Below, in pieces: positions 46,394 to 56,099 of a stretch of 64,000 nt of DNA. Within the stretch, counting starts at the first letter, position 1, and every line of letters starts with the position of its first letter. Source of the DNA: Pseudolabrys sp. (lineage in GTDB: Bacteria > Pseudomonadota > Alphaproteobacteria > Rhizobiales > Xanthobacteraceae); assembly GCA_036491675.1 (NCBI GenBank), contig DASXBN010000106.1, forward strand, positions 38,401 through 102,400, in the 5' to 3' direction. The notes below the pieces were generated by a model. That model saw only the letters and a program-made list of their open reading frames with translations. It was not told where the DNA came from and made no database searches. The position numbers and the translations under genes are program-made.

Positions 46394-48670
46394 TTGATCT
46401 TGCCGGCTGTGGCTCGCCCGCACGCATCGTCGGAAAAATACACGAGTTGGGATCGCGCGCGCTTAAGCGTCGTGGTCCCGATCGGCGTCATCGTGGCCGT
46501 GGCCATCGTCTGCATCGTCGTCGCCGTGCTGTCCTCCGCCCAGCGCGCCGACGAAGTCGCCGTCGAGCACGAAAAGCAGCTGTTTTCGCGCTCGCTGAGC
46601 AATTACGCCGAGCGCGTGCTGCGCGAAGTCAAAAGCGTCGCCACCTCCGAACAGGCGTTGCTGAATATCCGCGCCAAGTACGATCCGGTCTGGGCGAAGC
46701 AGCGCGTCGGCCTTTGGCTGAAAACCTACTTCGATCACGACTACGTTTTCATCTTCGACGGCAGCGACAAGCCGATCTTTTCGCAGCTCGGCCGCGACGA
46801 ACTCGACGCGTCATGGGTCGACACCGCGCTGAGCGATCTGGAATCGGTGCTCGCTTACATGCGCGGGCGTAACCCGGCCCTGCACGGCACGCTCCGCCTC
46901 AACGAACCGAACGTGACGGACGAGAACCCGCACTCGCAAGCCGCGGTGATCCGCAGTCTCGCAGGCCGGCCAGCGGTCATTGCCGCGGTCGCGGTCGGAC
47001 CGCTCGGCGGCCTCCTCAGCGCGGGCGGCAACGCGGCGCCGATCATGATGGCGGTGAAATTCATCGACAACGACGCGCTCGCCGGTATAGCCGCGCAACT
47101 GCGGCTGACGCATCTGCGCAAGCTCGGCGACGAGCCGGCACCGCCCGCCGATTTGACCTATGAGCTGAATGGGCCGCAAGGTCATCCGATCGCCCGCTTC
47201 GCCTGGACGCCGCGGCAACCCGGCGCCGAGATCGTCGACAGCGTCATCCCGTTCATTGCTGTCGCGCTCGCCGGCTTCACCCTGCTCGCCGCCTTCGTGT
47301 TGCGCTACATGCGCCGCACCGCGATCGCGATCGCCGCCGGCGAAACGCGGCTGCGCCATCTCGCCATGCACGATCCGCTCTGCGGCCTGCCCAACCGCGT
47401 CTTCTTCGGCGAACGGCTGGAGGCGGTGATCGAGGAGGTGCGGGCCGGCTCATCGCCGGCCGCGGTCTTCTATATCGACCTCGACCATTTCAAGGACGTC
47501 AACGACACGCTCGGCCATCCCGTCGGCGACGAATTGATCCGCAACGTCACGCTGCGGCTCTCGCACACGCTGCGCGGCGACGATCTGGTGGCGCGGCTCG
47601 GCGGCGACGAGTTCGCGGTGATTTCCTCGATCGGCGACGACAGCGGCAAGATGATGGCGCTCGCCCAGCGCCTGATCGCCGCGATCTGCGCGCCATATAC
47701 GATCAACCGGCAGAACATCATGATCGGCGCCTCGATCGGCATCGCGGTGATCAACCGCAAATCCGGCGCCGCCGCCGACATCATGCGCTACGCTGACATG
47801 GCGCTCTACCGCGCCAAGAACGAAGGCCGCAACCGCGCCTGCATCTACGACGCCGCGATGGACGCCGATCTCTCCAATCGCAAACTGTTGGAAGCCGATC
47901 TGCGCGAGGCGATCGAGAACAACCAGCTGAAATTGCTGTACCAGCCGATCGTCAACAAGAGCGGGGAGACCGTGGTGGGCGTCGAAGCGCTCTGCCGCTG
48001 GACGCATCCAACGCGCGGCGAAATTCCGCCGACCGAATTCATCGCCATCGCCGAGCACAGCGGACTGATCATCGATCTGGGCGCCTGGGTGCTGCGCCGC
48101 GCCTGCCTCGACGGCCGCGCCTGGCCGGCCCTGTCGATTTCGGTCAATGTTTCGCCGCTGCAATTCCGCCGCGCCGATTTCTACGACGTCGTACAGCACA
48201 CCTTGAGCGAAACCGAGTTCGACCCGACCCGGCTCGAGATCGAACTCACCGAAAGCGTGCTGCTCGGCAATGTCGACACTGCGGAAGCCGGCATGTTGCG
48301 GCTCAAGGCGCTCGGCGTGCGGCTGGCGCTCGACGATTTCGGCACCGGCTATTCGAGCCTGCTCTATTTGCGCCGCCTGCCGTTCGACAAGCTCAAGATC
48401 GACCGCAGCTTTGTGCTGAGCATCGAGAAGGCCGCCGACGCCGCGGCAATCGTGCACGCGGTGGTGAGCCTCGGTCGGGGCCTCGGCATGAAAGTGACGG
48501 CGGAAGGCGTGGAGACCGCCGACCAGCAATTGTTCTTGCGCGCGGCCGGCGTGCATTTCATGCAGGGCTATCGTTTCGGCAAGGCGGTGACCGCCGCCGA
48601 AATCTCCGCTCGCCTGCAATCGGCCGACGCCTTCAAGCCGATCGACACACGCACCGCGCGGGCGAGCTAG
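46394..48670 (+). CDS. sensor GGDEF-EAL protein (diguanylate cyclase/phosphodiesterase)
   Basis: 758-aa ORF with a TM-flanked sensor region. The cyclase domain has an I-site RGDD 5 residues before GGDEF. The EAL domain has EALCRW, DDFGTGYSS and KIDRSF. TTG start. Confidence 0.92.
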   Translation: MILPAVARPHASSEKYTSWDRARLSVVVPIGVIVAVAIVCIVVAVLSSAQRADEVAVEHEKQLFSRSLSNYAERVLREVKSVATSEQALLNIRAKYDPVWAKQRVGLWLKTYFDHDYVFIFDGSDKPIFSQLGRDELDASWVDTALSDLESVLAYMRGRNPALHGTLRLNEPNVTDENPHSQAAVIRSLAGRPAVIAAVAVGPLGGLLSAGGNAAPIMMAVKFIDNDALAGIAAQLRLTHLRKLGDEPAPPADLTYELNGPQGHPIARFAWTPRQPGAEIVDSVIPFIAVALAGFTLLAAFVLRYMRRTAIAIAAGETRLRHLAMHDPLCGLPNRVFFGERLEAVIEEVRAGSSPAAVFYIDLDHFKDVNDTLGHPVGDELIRNVTLRLSHTLRGDDLVARLGGDEFAVISSIGDDSGKMMALAQRLIAAICAPYTINRQNIMIGASIGIAVINRKSGAAADIMRYADMALYRAKNEGRNRACIYDAAMDADLSNRKLLEADLREAIENNQLKLLYQPIVNKSGETVVGVEALCRWTHPTRGEIPPTEFIAIAEHSGLIIDLGAWVLRRACLDGRAWPALSISVNVSPLQFRRADFYDVVQHTLSETEFDPTRLEIELTESVLLGNVDTAEAGMLRLKALGVRLALDDFGTGYSSLLYLRRLPFDKLKIDRSFVLSIEKAADAAAIVHAVVSLGRGLGMKVTAEGVETADQQLFLRAAGVHFMQGYRFGKAVTAAEISARLQSADAFKPIDTRTARAS

Positions 48671-48912
48671 GCCTCATCTGCCGGCAATTCGCGGGCGTCG
48701 CTCGGTTTCGACCGCGGCATAACTGCCATGCGCGCGTGAGCGGCCCGCACGTGCGCTAATCGCAGTGTTTGCTCGTGCGTGCGCTCTGGAAATGCGGGCA
48801 CAATTGAGGTAAAACAAATTCTCTCGCATCCGCCTGTCTATATACCGCCCCGTCGAGATCGGAATTCCATGGGGGAGTTCTGTGGTTAGACCAAAGTAGA
48901 TAGGGCCAGAGG

Positions 48913-50241
48913 ATGACTGCATCAACTGCCGCGGCTGGGAGCGGCAAAGCACATAAGAAACCTCTTTATTCGATTCTTTATGTCCAGGTTCTCGCCGCCA
49001 TTCTGATCGGCGGCGTGCTCGGCTGGCTCGCGCCGGAAGTCGCCACCAACGACTGGATCAAGGCGCTCGGCGACGGCTTCATCAAGCTGATCAAGATGGT
49101 GATCACGCCGATCATCTTCTGCACGGTCGTCTCCGGCATCGCGCACATCCAGGACGCCAAGAAGGTCGGGCGGGTCGGCATCAAGGCGCTGGTCTATTTC
49201 GAGGTCGTCTCGACCTTCGCCCTCGTCATCGGTCTGGTCGTCGGCAATCTGTTCCAGGTCGGGCACGGCATCGGCGCCAAGGCGGATGCCGCCGCGGTCG
49301 CCGGCTTTGCCAAGCAGGCTGCCGGACAGAAGTCGGTCGACTTCGTGCTCAACATCATCCCCGACAGCGTGATCGGCGCCTTTGCCAAAGGCGATATCTT
49401 GCAAGTGCTGCTGTTCGCGATCTTGTTCGGCTTCGCGCTGATGGTTCTGGGCGAGCGCGGCAAGACCGTGCGCAACCTGGTCGACGATCTCGCGCATTCG
49501 GTTTTCGGCGTCATCGCCATTGTGATGAAGGCGGCGCCGTTCGGTGCGTTTGGCGCCATGGCGTACACCATCGGCAAATATGGGCCGACGGCGCTCGGCA
49601 ACCTGATTGGATTGATCGCGCTTTTCTATCTGACGGCAGCACTGTTCATCTTCGTCGTGCTCGGTACGATTGCGCGCTTCGTCGGATTCAACATTTTCCG
49701 CTATCTGGCCTACATCAAGGACGAATTGCTGATCGTGCTCGGCACCAGTTCGTCGGAAAGCGCTTTGCCGCAGCTCATGGAAAAGCTCGAACGGCTGGGC
49801 TGCTCGAAGTCGGTCGTCGGCCTCGTCGTGCCGACCGGTTATTCGTTCAATCTTGACGGCACCAACATCTACATGACGCTGGCGACGCTGTTCATCGCCC
49901 AGGCGATGGGGGTCGAGCTCAGCTTTACGCAGCAGATGACGATCTTGATCGTCGCCATGCTGACCTCGAAAGGCGCCAGCGGCGTTACCGGCGCCGGCTT
50001 CATCACGCTGGCCGCCACGCTCACGGTGGTCAATCCGGCGCTCGTTCCCGGCATGGCGATCGTGTTCTCGATCGACAAGTTCATGAGCGAATGCCGCGCG
50101 CTGACCAATATCAGCGGCAACGGCGTCGCGGCGATCGTGGTCTCGTGGTGGGAAGGCGAACTGGACCGGGCCAAGCTGAACAAAGCGATGGGCCGCGAGA
50201 TCGATCCCTCCGATGTGGAAACGGCCGTAACGACCGGATAA
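48913..50241 (+). CDS. dctA: C4-dicarboxylate transport protein (DAACS family)
   Basis: 442-aa ORF with the DAACS topology and blocks ([36 protein letters not shown]). Confidence 0.93.
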   Translation: MTASTAAAGSGKAHKKPLYSILYVQVLAAILIGGVLGWLAPEVATNDWIKALGDGFIKLIKMVITPIIFCTVVSGIAHIQDAKKVGRVGIKALVYFEVVSTFALVIGLVVGNLFQVGHGIGAKADAAAVAGFAKQAAGQKSVDFVLNIIPDSVIGAFAKGDILQVLLFAILFGFALMVLGERGKTVRNLVDDLAHSVFGVIAIVMKAAPFGAFGAMAYTIGKYGPTALGNLIGLIALFYLTAALFIFVVLGTIARFVGFNIFRYLAYIKDELLIVLGTSSSESALPQLMEKLERLGCSKSVVGLVVPTGYSFNLDGTNIYMTLATLFIAQAMGVELSFTQQMTILIVAMLTSKGASGVTGAGFITLAATLTVVNPALVPGMAIVFSIDKFMSECRALTNISGNGVAAIVVSWWEGELDRAKLNKAMGREIDPSDVETAVTTG

Positions 50242-50336
50242 CGCAGCTTTTATCGTTGCGTCTTTGCGGCGGCGTGCCGAGGCGCGCTATTTTGTGATAT
50301 GGCGGTCCTTCCAGTTATTTCAGGGAAGGACATCCG

Positions 50337-51101
50337 ATGACTGCGTCCGCGAAAATCGCGCTGGTGACCGGAGCCGGGACCGGCGTCGGTCGGGCGGTGG
50401 CCATAGCCTTGGCCAAGGCCGGCTACAGCCTGGTGCTCGCCGGCCGGCGCAAGGAAATGCTCGACAAGGTTTCCGGCGAGATCAACGCGGTCGGCGCGCA
50501 GGCGCTGGCGGTGCCGACCGACGTGTCGAAACGCGAGTCGATCCTGGCGCTGTTCGCCACCGTGAAATCGAGCTTCGGCCGGCTCGATGTCCTGTTCAAC
50601 AATGCCGGTATCGGCGCCCCGCCGGTGCCGCTCGAGGAACTCCCCTTCGAGACCTGGCAGAACGTGGTGGCGACCAATTTCACCGGCATGTTCCTGTGCA
50701 CGCAGGAAGCCATCAAGATCATGAAGGATCAGAAACCGCGCGGCGGCCGCATCATCAATAACGGCTCGATCTCCGCGCACGCGCCGCGGCCGTTTTCGGT
50801 GGCTTATACCGCGACCAAGCACGCGGTGACCGGCCTGACCAAGTCGACTTCGCTCGACTGCCGGGGCTACGACATCTGCTGCGGGCAAGTGGACATCGGC
50901 AACGCGGCGACCCCGCTGACCGAGCGCATGGTGCAGGGCGACGGCATCTTGCAGGCCGACCTCACGAAGAAGATCGAGCCGCGCATGGAGGCCGAGCATG
51001 TCGGCAACGCGGTGGTCTACATGGCGGGCCTGCCGCTCGACACCAATGTGCTGTTCATGACGGTGATGGCGAATAAGATGCCGTTCGTCGGACGGGGTTA
51101 G
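50337..51101 (+). CDS. SDR family oxidoreductase
   Basis: 254-aa ORF with [12 protein letters not shown] and the YTATK catalytic motif. Confidence 0.9.
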   Translation: MTASAKIALVTGAGTGVGRAVAIALAKAGYSLVLAGRRKEMLDKVSGEINAVGAQALAVPTDVSKRESILALFATVKSSFGRLDVLFNNAGIGAPPVPLEELPFETWQNVVATNFTGMFLCTQEAIKIMKDQKPRGGRIINNGSISAHAPRPFSVAYTATKHAVTGLTKSTSLDCRGYDICCGQVDIGNAATPLTERMVQGDGILQADLTKKIEPRMEAEHVGNAVVYMAGLPLDTNVLFMTVMANKMPFVGRG

Positions 51102-51111
51102 GCAAGAGGCG

Positions 51112-51630
51112 ATGATCGCCGAACTCGAGCACTGGCATGAATTCTACGTGCTGGTCGGCACCGCCGGCGCGACGCTGCTGGCGCTGCTGTTCGTCGCCGT
51201 CTCGCTCGGCGCCGGCTTTCTCGATGAAAGCCGCGCCGCGGCGACGCGCGCCTTCTACAGCCCGGTGGTGGTGCATTTCACCGCGGTGTTCTTCCTGGCC
51301 GCGATTTCGCTGGTGCCCGCGCATCGCGCCGTTTTCTTTGCGGCGATGATCGGCGCCTGTGCCGTCATCGGCACCCTGGTGTCGCTATTCGTCGCGGTGC
51401 AGCTCCTGCGCCACGATTGGACCCGCTACGCGCAGGATCATCTGTCCTTTGCGCTGCTGCCGACGCTTGCCTATATCGCGCTGCTAGTGGCCGCCTATTT
51501 GATTTGGAACGGCAACGACCTCGCGCTCGACGTACTGGCCGGCGCGTTGCTGCTGTTGCTGGTGGTCAATATCCGCAACGCCTGGGATCTCACGCTGTCG
51601 ATGGTGCGCCACCAGACCGAACGGCGCTGA
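51112..51630 (+). CDS. membrane protein (4-5 TM), function unknown
   Basis: 172-aa hydrophobic ORF lying 10 nt after the SDR gene. Confidence 0.65.
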   Translation: MIAELEHWHEFYVLVGTAGATLLALLFVAVSLGAGFLDESRAAATRAFYSPVVVHFTAVFFLAAISLVPAHRAVFFAAMIGACAVIGTLVSLFVAVQLLRHDWTRYAQDHLSFALLPTLAYIALLVAAYLIWNGNDLALDVLAGALLLLLVVNIRNAWDLTLSMVRHQTERR

Positions 51631-51636
51631 CGCCGC

Positions 51637-52509
51637 TCAGCGGCGGTCGAGCAGCGTCTTGAATTCGGTCTTGGCGCCGGCGGAGCAGTCGGTGGCTTCT
51701 TGCCAAAGAATCAAGTCGGCCTTGCCGTCGGCGACGCGCCAGACCGCGTGCACGCGGCAGACGCCGTCTTTCGCCGGCTCCCAGAACGCCGAGATCCGGT
51801 CGGGTGTGTCGCCGATGTGGTTGCGGCTCGCGACCAAGAGGTCGGTCATCGTCTCGCGGCCGTCGGCGTTAAGGATCGGGAAGGTCAGGCGTTGCGGATC
51901 GTCGCCATCCCGGTCGCGCGTGACGTAGTAGGCCATCTGCTCGTTGCGCAGCAGTTCGGCCTTGGTGTTGCGCGCCTTGATCTGCTCCGCAGTCGGGTCC
52001 GGATTGCCGGGACAGCCGAGTCCGACGAGACGACCGAGATCGAAACGTTCGTTGGTCAAATAAATCGTTTGACCGTCGCCAGCGCAACGGTGCACGGCCG
52101 CGAGCGGCTTCGGCAGTTTGTCGCGGGTGACGCGCTCGACCACGGTCATGCGCACGCGCACCATGCCCGGCCGCGCCGGGCACCATTTGTTATAGGCCTG
52201 ATTGGACGCCTCGATCACCTCGTCGGCGTCGCGCACCGCGCTGGTCCGTTGTTTGGGCCCCTCGCAGCGGGCGAAGGTTTCGCGGATCTTCTCGGCGAGA
52301 TCGAGGTGCTCCGACAGCGCCTTGCAGCGCTCTGCACCCGATGCCTGCATGCCGCTGTCGACCAGCGCGGCGGAGTCCTGCATCATCTTTTGGGTCGCCT
52401 GCATTTCGCGCTTGCAGGCGGCGCTGCCCACTTCGATGGCCGCGGCCGGCGGCGCAAGCAAGGCGACGCAAGCGGCCGTGAGGACTGCGATCATAATCGG
52501 TCTCGGCAT
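51637..52509 (-). CDS. secreted Cys-containing hypothetical protein (possibly DUF1176-like)
   Basis: ATG 52509 lies within ORF 51637-52791 and gives the signal peptide MPRPIMIAVLTAACVALLAPPAAA. The family name is from recollection only. Confidence 0.65.
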   Translation of the reverse strand: MPRPIMIAVLTAACVALLAPPAAAIEVGSAACKREMQATQKMMQDSAALVDSGMQASGAERCKALSEHLDLAEKIRETFARCEGPKQRTSAVRDADEVIEASNQAYNKWCPARPGMVRVRMTVVERVTRDKLPKPLAAVHRCAGDGQTIYLTNERFDLGRLVGLGCPGNPDPTAEQIKARNTKAELLRNEQMAYYVTRDRDGDDPQRLTFPILNADGRETMTDLLVASRNHIGDTPDRISAFWEPAKDGVCRVHAVWRVADGKADLILWQEATDCSAGAKTEFKTLLDRR

Positions 52510-52529
52510 CGATCTCTCTCCACCGGCCG

Positions 52530-52904
52530 TCAGATGACGAGACTGACCGCGACCTTGGTTCCGCCCTTGACCTTGGCCAGCGCTTTGACGTCGCCGAGCG
52601 CCTTGGCGAAGACGTTGCAGGGGCTGGCGAGCCGCGTCTCGTTGCCCCTGGAAATCGGCGTGCGGCCATATCCAATCGCAATTGCCGGCCCTTGCGGCCA
52701 ATAGGCGATCTCGCCCGGCACAATCACCGCGCGCGCGTCCGCCTCGCGCGCGACCTCGACCGGCACGTCGAAATAGACCTCCTCGCCCCATGTCAGCACG
52801 GACGACGCGATCGGCAACACCGCCGCGATCGCCCTGGCGGTGGGCGTATCGAGCAATTCGGCGTCGAGCGTGAGCGCGCCGAAATCGAAACGGATGCGGG
52901 CCAT
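52530..52904 (-). CDS. cyclophilin-like fold protein (Cyclophil_like family)
   Basis: ATG 52904. IRFDFGALTLDAELLDTPTARAI...WGEEVYFDVPV...GEIAYWPQGPAIAIGYG matches the family pattern. Confidence 0.8.
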   Translation of the reverse strand: MARIRFDFGALTLDAELLDTPTARAIAAVLPIASSVLTWGEEVYFDVPVEVAREADARAVIVPGEIAYWPQGPAIAIGYGRTPISRGNETRLASPCNVFAKALGDVKALAKVKGGTKVAVSLVI

Positions 52905-52967
52905 GAAGACTCTCATTATCGGGGCATTGGCGCTACGAACCGACGTCAAATAAGCTCGCCGCTGCGG

Positions 52968-54887
52968 TTAGTCTACTTTTGCCGGCGCCCCTATCAAACG
53001 AGCCAAGTTCTGGCTTGCATTCGCATAATCTGGATCGATCGCCAGCGCCGCCTTATAGGCCGCAATCGCCTCGTCGCGCTTGCCCTGGCGCGCCAATAGC
53101 AGCCCGAGGTTGTTTTGAGCATTTGCATATTTAGGGTCGAGCCTGATGGCTTCGCGATACTCGGCCTCTTTTTCCTTCGGATCGCTTAGGACATTCCCCA
53201 AATTGAAGTGAGCCAATGCGAGTTTCGGATTGAGTTCGATAGCCTTGCGATACTCGGCCTCTTTTTCCTTCGGATCGGTTAGGGCAGCCCCCAAATTGTT
53301 GTGGGCTATCGCATACTTTGGATCGATCGCAATCGCCGCCTTATAGGCCGCGATCGCCTCGTCGCGCTTGCCCTGGCGCGCCAGCAGCAGCCCGAGATTG
53401 TCTTGGGCGACCGCATATTTAGGGTCGAGCCGGATGGCTTCGCGATACTCGGTCTCTTTTTCCTTCGGATCGGTAAGGACTCTCCCCAAATTGTTGTGAG
53501 CCGATGCGAGTTTCGGGTTGGATTCGATAGCTTTGCGGTACTCGGCTTCTTTTTCCTTCGGGTCGGCTAGGGCGTTTCCCAAATTGTTGTGGGCCAACGC
53601 ATACTTTGGATAGATTTCGATGGCCTTGCGATACTCGACGATCGCTTCGTCGAGCTTGCCCTGCCCGCTCAACAGGTATGCTAATCTGAAATGAGCCGGC
53701 GCGTACTTCGGATTGAGTTCGATGGATTTAAGGTACTCATTCCTCGCCGCAACATGATCACCCTCAGCATCGCGCACGAAGCCTATGTTGAAATAGCCCA
53801 GGGCGTATTTCGGATTGATTTTGACGGCTGCGTTGTATTCAGCAAGCGCCTCCTTACGTTTACCCTGCAAATTGTAGATGACGCCTAAATTATTATACGC
53901 CGCAACGTTCTTTGAATTGAGACTTATCGCTTTTTGATACTCCACGATCGCCTCATCGATTTTGTTTTGCTCTTTGAGAACATATCCCCGGGAGAAATGC
54001 GCATTGGCGAGATCGGGGTTAAGACTCAGCGCTTTATCAAAAGCCTTAATCGCATCGTCATAGTCATGGCGTTCCCGATATATGTTGCCTTTCAAATTAT
54101 ATAATGAAGCGACGCCTGGATCCGTTTTTGGTATCCGGTCAATGATTTCATTGACCGTCTCAAGCGAAGTCGTGGGATCCTTTTTATGTTGCGCCAATGC
54201 GAAATCATAAGGCTGGACGACTTCCAGGATGCTGGGAACAGCCATTTCCAATAATTCGTCGGGCTTTTCCGGATCGACGCCGCTGGGACTGACGTAGAGT
54301 TCATTGCCATCGATACGAAGGTGTAGCCAAAGAAGCTTGTCTTTGATCGTAAACTCGCCAGAGATACTTTTACTTCGGGTGCTGTGTAACAACGTGCGCA
54401 TCGTCGTGACCACGGCATCGATTGAGATCCCTACCGTTGGAACAATGATATTGGGCAGATCGCCCTGCAGTGTAAAACCGGATACGCCAAAACCGGATTC
54501 TTCGGTGTTGTTTTGGCTATCGGGATTCTTCGGTGCCGTATTGAGAGTAGTGGCAAAATGAAAGATCGCACCGCGCAATCGCCGGCCGGCGACTTCTGGC
54601 GTGTAACCGCTGTCGGCCAAGAACTTAGGCACTGAAATGGGTTCGATCACCGTTGCATGCTCTGAAAGGCCCTGCACCACGATTGTCAAGACGACGAGAA
54701 CGACGAGGAGCCAGAGCAGCTTTGATGTGATATTGTAACAGGCGCTGCAAAAGGATTTGATGGCGGACCAAATGGCCAGCAATGATGCATGTCCTAAATT
54801 TTGTTTTGCGTCGCTTGAAAGCTTCGGCGTTTGACCGCCGATACTGGTTTTCGCCTTCAGTACTTTCGGCATCTTGAGCCCCCTCAA
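52968..54887 (-). CDS. membrane-anchored tetratricopeptide repeat protein
   Basis: 639-aa ORF with one TM (LLWLLVVLVVLTIVV), about 230 aa of unassigned domain, then about 11 TPR units including unusual 31-aa units. It is visibly AT-richer than its neighbours. Confidence 0.85.
   Translation of the reverse strand: MRGLKMPKVLKAKTSIGGQTPKLSSDAKQNLGHASLLAIWSAIKSFCSACYNITSKLLWLLVVLVVLTIVVQGLSEHATVIEPISVPKFLADSGYTPEVAGRRLRGAIFHFATTLNTAPKNPDSQNNTEESGFGVSGFTLQGDLPNIIVPTVGISIDAVVTTMRTLLHSTRSKSISGEFTIKDKLLWLHLRIDGNELYVSPSGVDPEKPDELLEMAVPSILEVVQPYDFALAQHKKDPTTSLETVNEIIDRIPKTDPGVASLYNLKGNIYRERHDYDDAIKAFDKALSLNPDLANAHFSRGYVLKEQNKIDEAIVEYQKAISLNSKNVAAYNNLGVIYNLQGKRKEALAEYNAAVKINPKYALGYFNIGFVRDAEGDHVAARNEYLKSIELNPKYAPAHFRLAYLLSGQGKLDEAIVEYRKAIEIYPKYALAHNNLGNALADPKEKEAEYRKAIESNPKLASAHNNLGRVLTDPKEKETEYREAIRLDPKYAVAQDNLGLLLARQGKRDEAIAAYKAAIAIDPKYAIAHNNLGAALTDPKEKEAEYRKAIELNPKLALAHFNLGNVLSDPKEKEAEYREAIRLDPKYANAQNNLGLLLARQGKRDEAIAAYKAALAIDPDYANASQNLARLIGAPAKVD
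53023..53598. repeat. 288-bp tandem duplication inside the TPR gene (2 copies, further diverged copies beyond)
   Basis: Unit 1 is 53023-53310 and unit 2 is 53311-53598, roughly 90 percent identical by eye. Each encodes 31+31+34 aa TPR units. Confidence 0.85.
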
Positions 54888-54998
54888 TCAGCCGTTGCAT
54901 GATATTGCGTTTGCGTACCGAGTGAAAGACCGGCCAATTTGCGTCAAGGGTCCAGGAGCACGCCACCAAGAGAAATCGCAAGAAATCGGCATCCGACA

Positions 54999-55589
54999 AT
55001 GCGGCCTGCGTCACTATTGAATATAATTCTCACTGCTTTCGCATGGCTGCTGGCCACGGCTTTTACCGCACCGGCTGCCACCATCCACATCGTCGCTTTC
55101 GGCGACAGTTCCACCGCCGGCTGGCTGGTGCAGTACGAAGAAGCCTACCCGGCGCAATTAGAGGCGCTCTTGCGCAAGAAAGGCTACGACGTCGACGTCG
55201 CCAATGAAGGCATCAGCGGCGATACCACCGCCGGCGCGCTCAAGCGCTTCGACTGGGCGATCGCCCCGGGCACCAACATTGCGATCGTCGAGTTCGGCAC
55301 CAACGATCTGCGCGCCGGCGCGTCCATGCAGACCTTGCGGGCGCGCCTGACCGAGTTGATCCGCTCCCTGCGCGCCCGCAGCATCGAGGTGCTGCTCATC
55401 GGCCTGCGCAGTCTCGATCTCGCGGACGTCGCCCGCGCCAACGACGTGCTCTACGCACAATGGAATTTGCCGGAGGGAAAATACCGCGCCAGTGACGGCG
55501 CCCATTACAACGCCGAAGGCTACAAAATTGTCATCGAGCGCATGCTGCCGCAGGTCGAGACGCTGATCGCGCGCGTGACGCGCAAATGA
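54999..55589 (+). CDS. SGNH/GDSL hydrolase (arylesterase-like)
   Basis: ATG 54999 gives a signal peptide. Block I is FGDSSTAGW, block III is GTND and block V is DGAHYN. Confidence 0.85.
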   Translation: MRPASLLNIILTAFAWLLATAFTAPAATIHIVAFGDSSTAGWLVQYEEAYPAQLEALLRKKGYDVDVANEGISGDTTAGALKRFDWAIAPGTNIAIVEFGTNDLRAGASMQTLRARLTELIRSLRARSIEVLLIGLRSLDLADVARANDVLYAQWNLPEGKYRASDGAHYNAEGYKIVIERMLPQVETLIARVTRK

Positions 55590-55607
55590 CTTAATTCCGC
55601 TTGCTAC

Positions 55608-55636
55608 TTGACAGGCTGCAGTTCTAGGATTATATT
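55608..55636 (+). promoter_or_regulatory. near-consensus sigma70 promoter TTGACA-17-TATATT
   Basis: TTGACA 55608-55613, a 17-nt spacer, then TATATT 55631-55636. It points into an ORF-free tract. Confidence 0.6.
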
Positions 55637-55640
55637 CCAC

Positions 55641-56090
55641 AGGCTTTGCTCATTGAGGGCGTCTTCGCGAGACGTTTCGGAGATGGAGCCAAGTGCGGCG
55701 CCCGCGGGCGGGGCTCGTAACCCCGCTCCCGGGAGGCCCCGGGCGGCCGTCCGTCCCTACTATGGGGGACTGCCCTTCAGTCGGCTGGACGCGGCACGGA
55801 CGAAGGCGGGCGAAAGCCTGCCGGATCGGGTTGAGCCGAAAGCCGCCCGGGTCCGTGCCCGGAAGCTACGGCCCCGGGGACAGAAAAGCCGCGATGGAGC
55901 GCCGAGAGGCGCCCGCATCCTTCAAAAGAGGATGCGGCGACTAAAGACCTGGTGCGCCGCTTGGCGCTCCATTCCCTCGCTTTATGCGAGGGCGAGGAAG
56001 AAGGACTACGGCGTACCCCGCGCCGCAAAGAATAGGGGCGACGGAGCGTTGGCTTTCTCATCCCTTCCCCGCTGGCGGGGCAGGGATTAA
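55641..56090 (+). ncRNA. candidate structured non-coding RNA of unassigned family
   Basis: 450 nt with no credible ORF. It holds at least 7 perfect hairpins, GAAA-capped helices and an internal two-fold module, and sits downstream of the strong promoter. No RNase P, tmRNA, SRP or B12 signatures were found by eye. Confidence 0.35.
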
Positions 56091-56099
56091 GAAAAAAAT

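Noticed and set aside
53023-53598. Possible CRISPR-like or non-coding repeat array
   Set aside because: The repeats are 288 bp, contiguous without spacers, and in frame within a TPR protein. Likewise, the 12-bp repeats at 59811-59891 are coding. No CRISPR array exists in the window.
56061-56088. Hairpin ATCCCTTCCCCGC-tggc-GGGGCAGGGAT as the usg or ncRNA terminator
   Set aside because: The stem is imperfect and no U-tract follows on either strand: the plus strand is followed by UAAGAAAAAAA and the minus strand by GAGAAAG. It may still stabilise a 3' end, but it is not called as a terminator.
55608-56090. 160-aa ORF covering the structured tract
   Set aside because: The GGAG directly abuts the first internal ATG, which is poor spacing. 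The product is extremely basic and Arg/Pro/Gly-rich, uses rare codons (AGG, CGG, GGA, GGG), and the sequence is dominated by perfect hairpins.
55641-56090. Identification as tmRNA (two-piece alphaproteobacterial ssrA), RNase P RNA, SRP RNA or 6S RNA
   Set aside because: There is no ANDN-type tag reading frame ending in AA-stop and no GGUUCGA-type T-loop with a CCA end. There is no GAGGAAAGUCC / ACAGAACCCGGCUUA P4 sequence. There is no GGAAGCAGCC domain IV motif. There is no end-to-end pairing with a central bubble. The family is therefore left unassigned.
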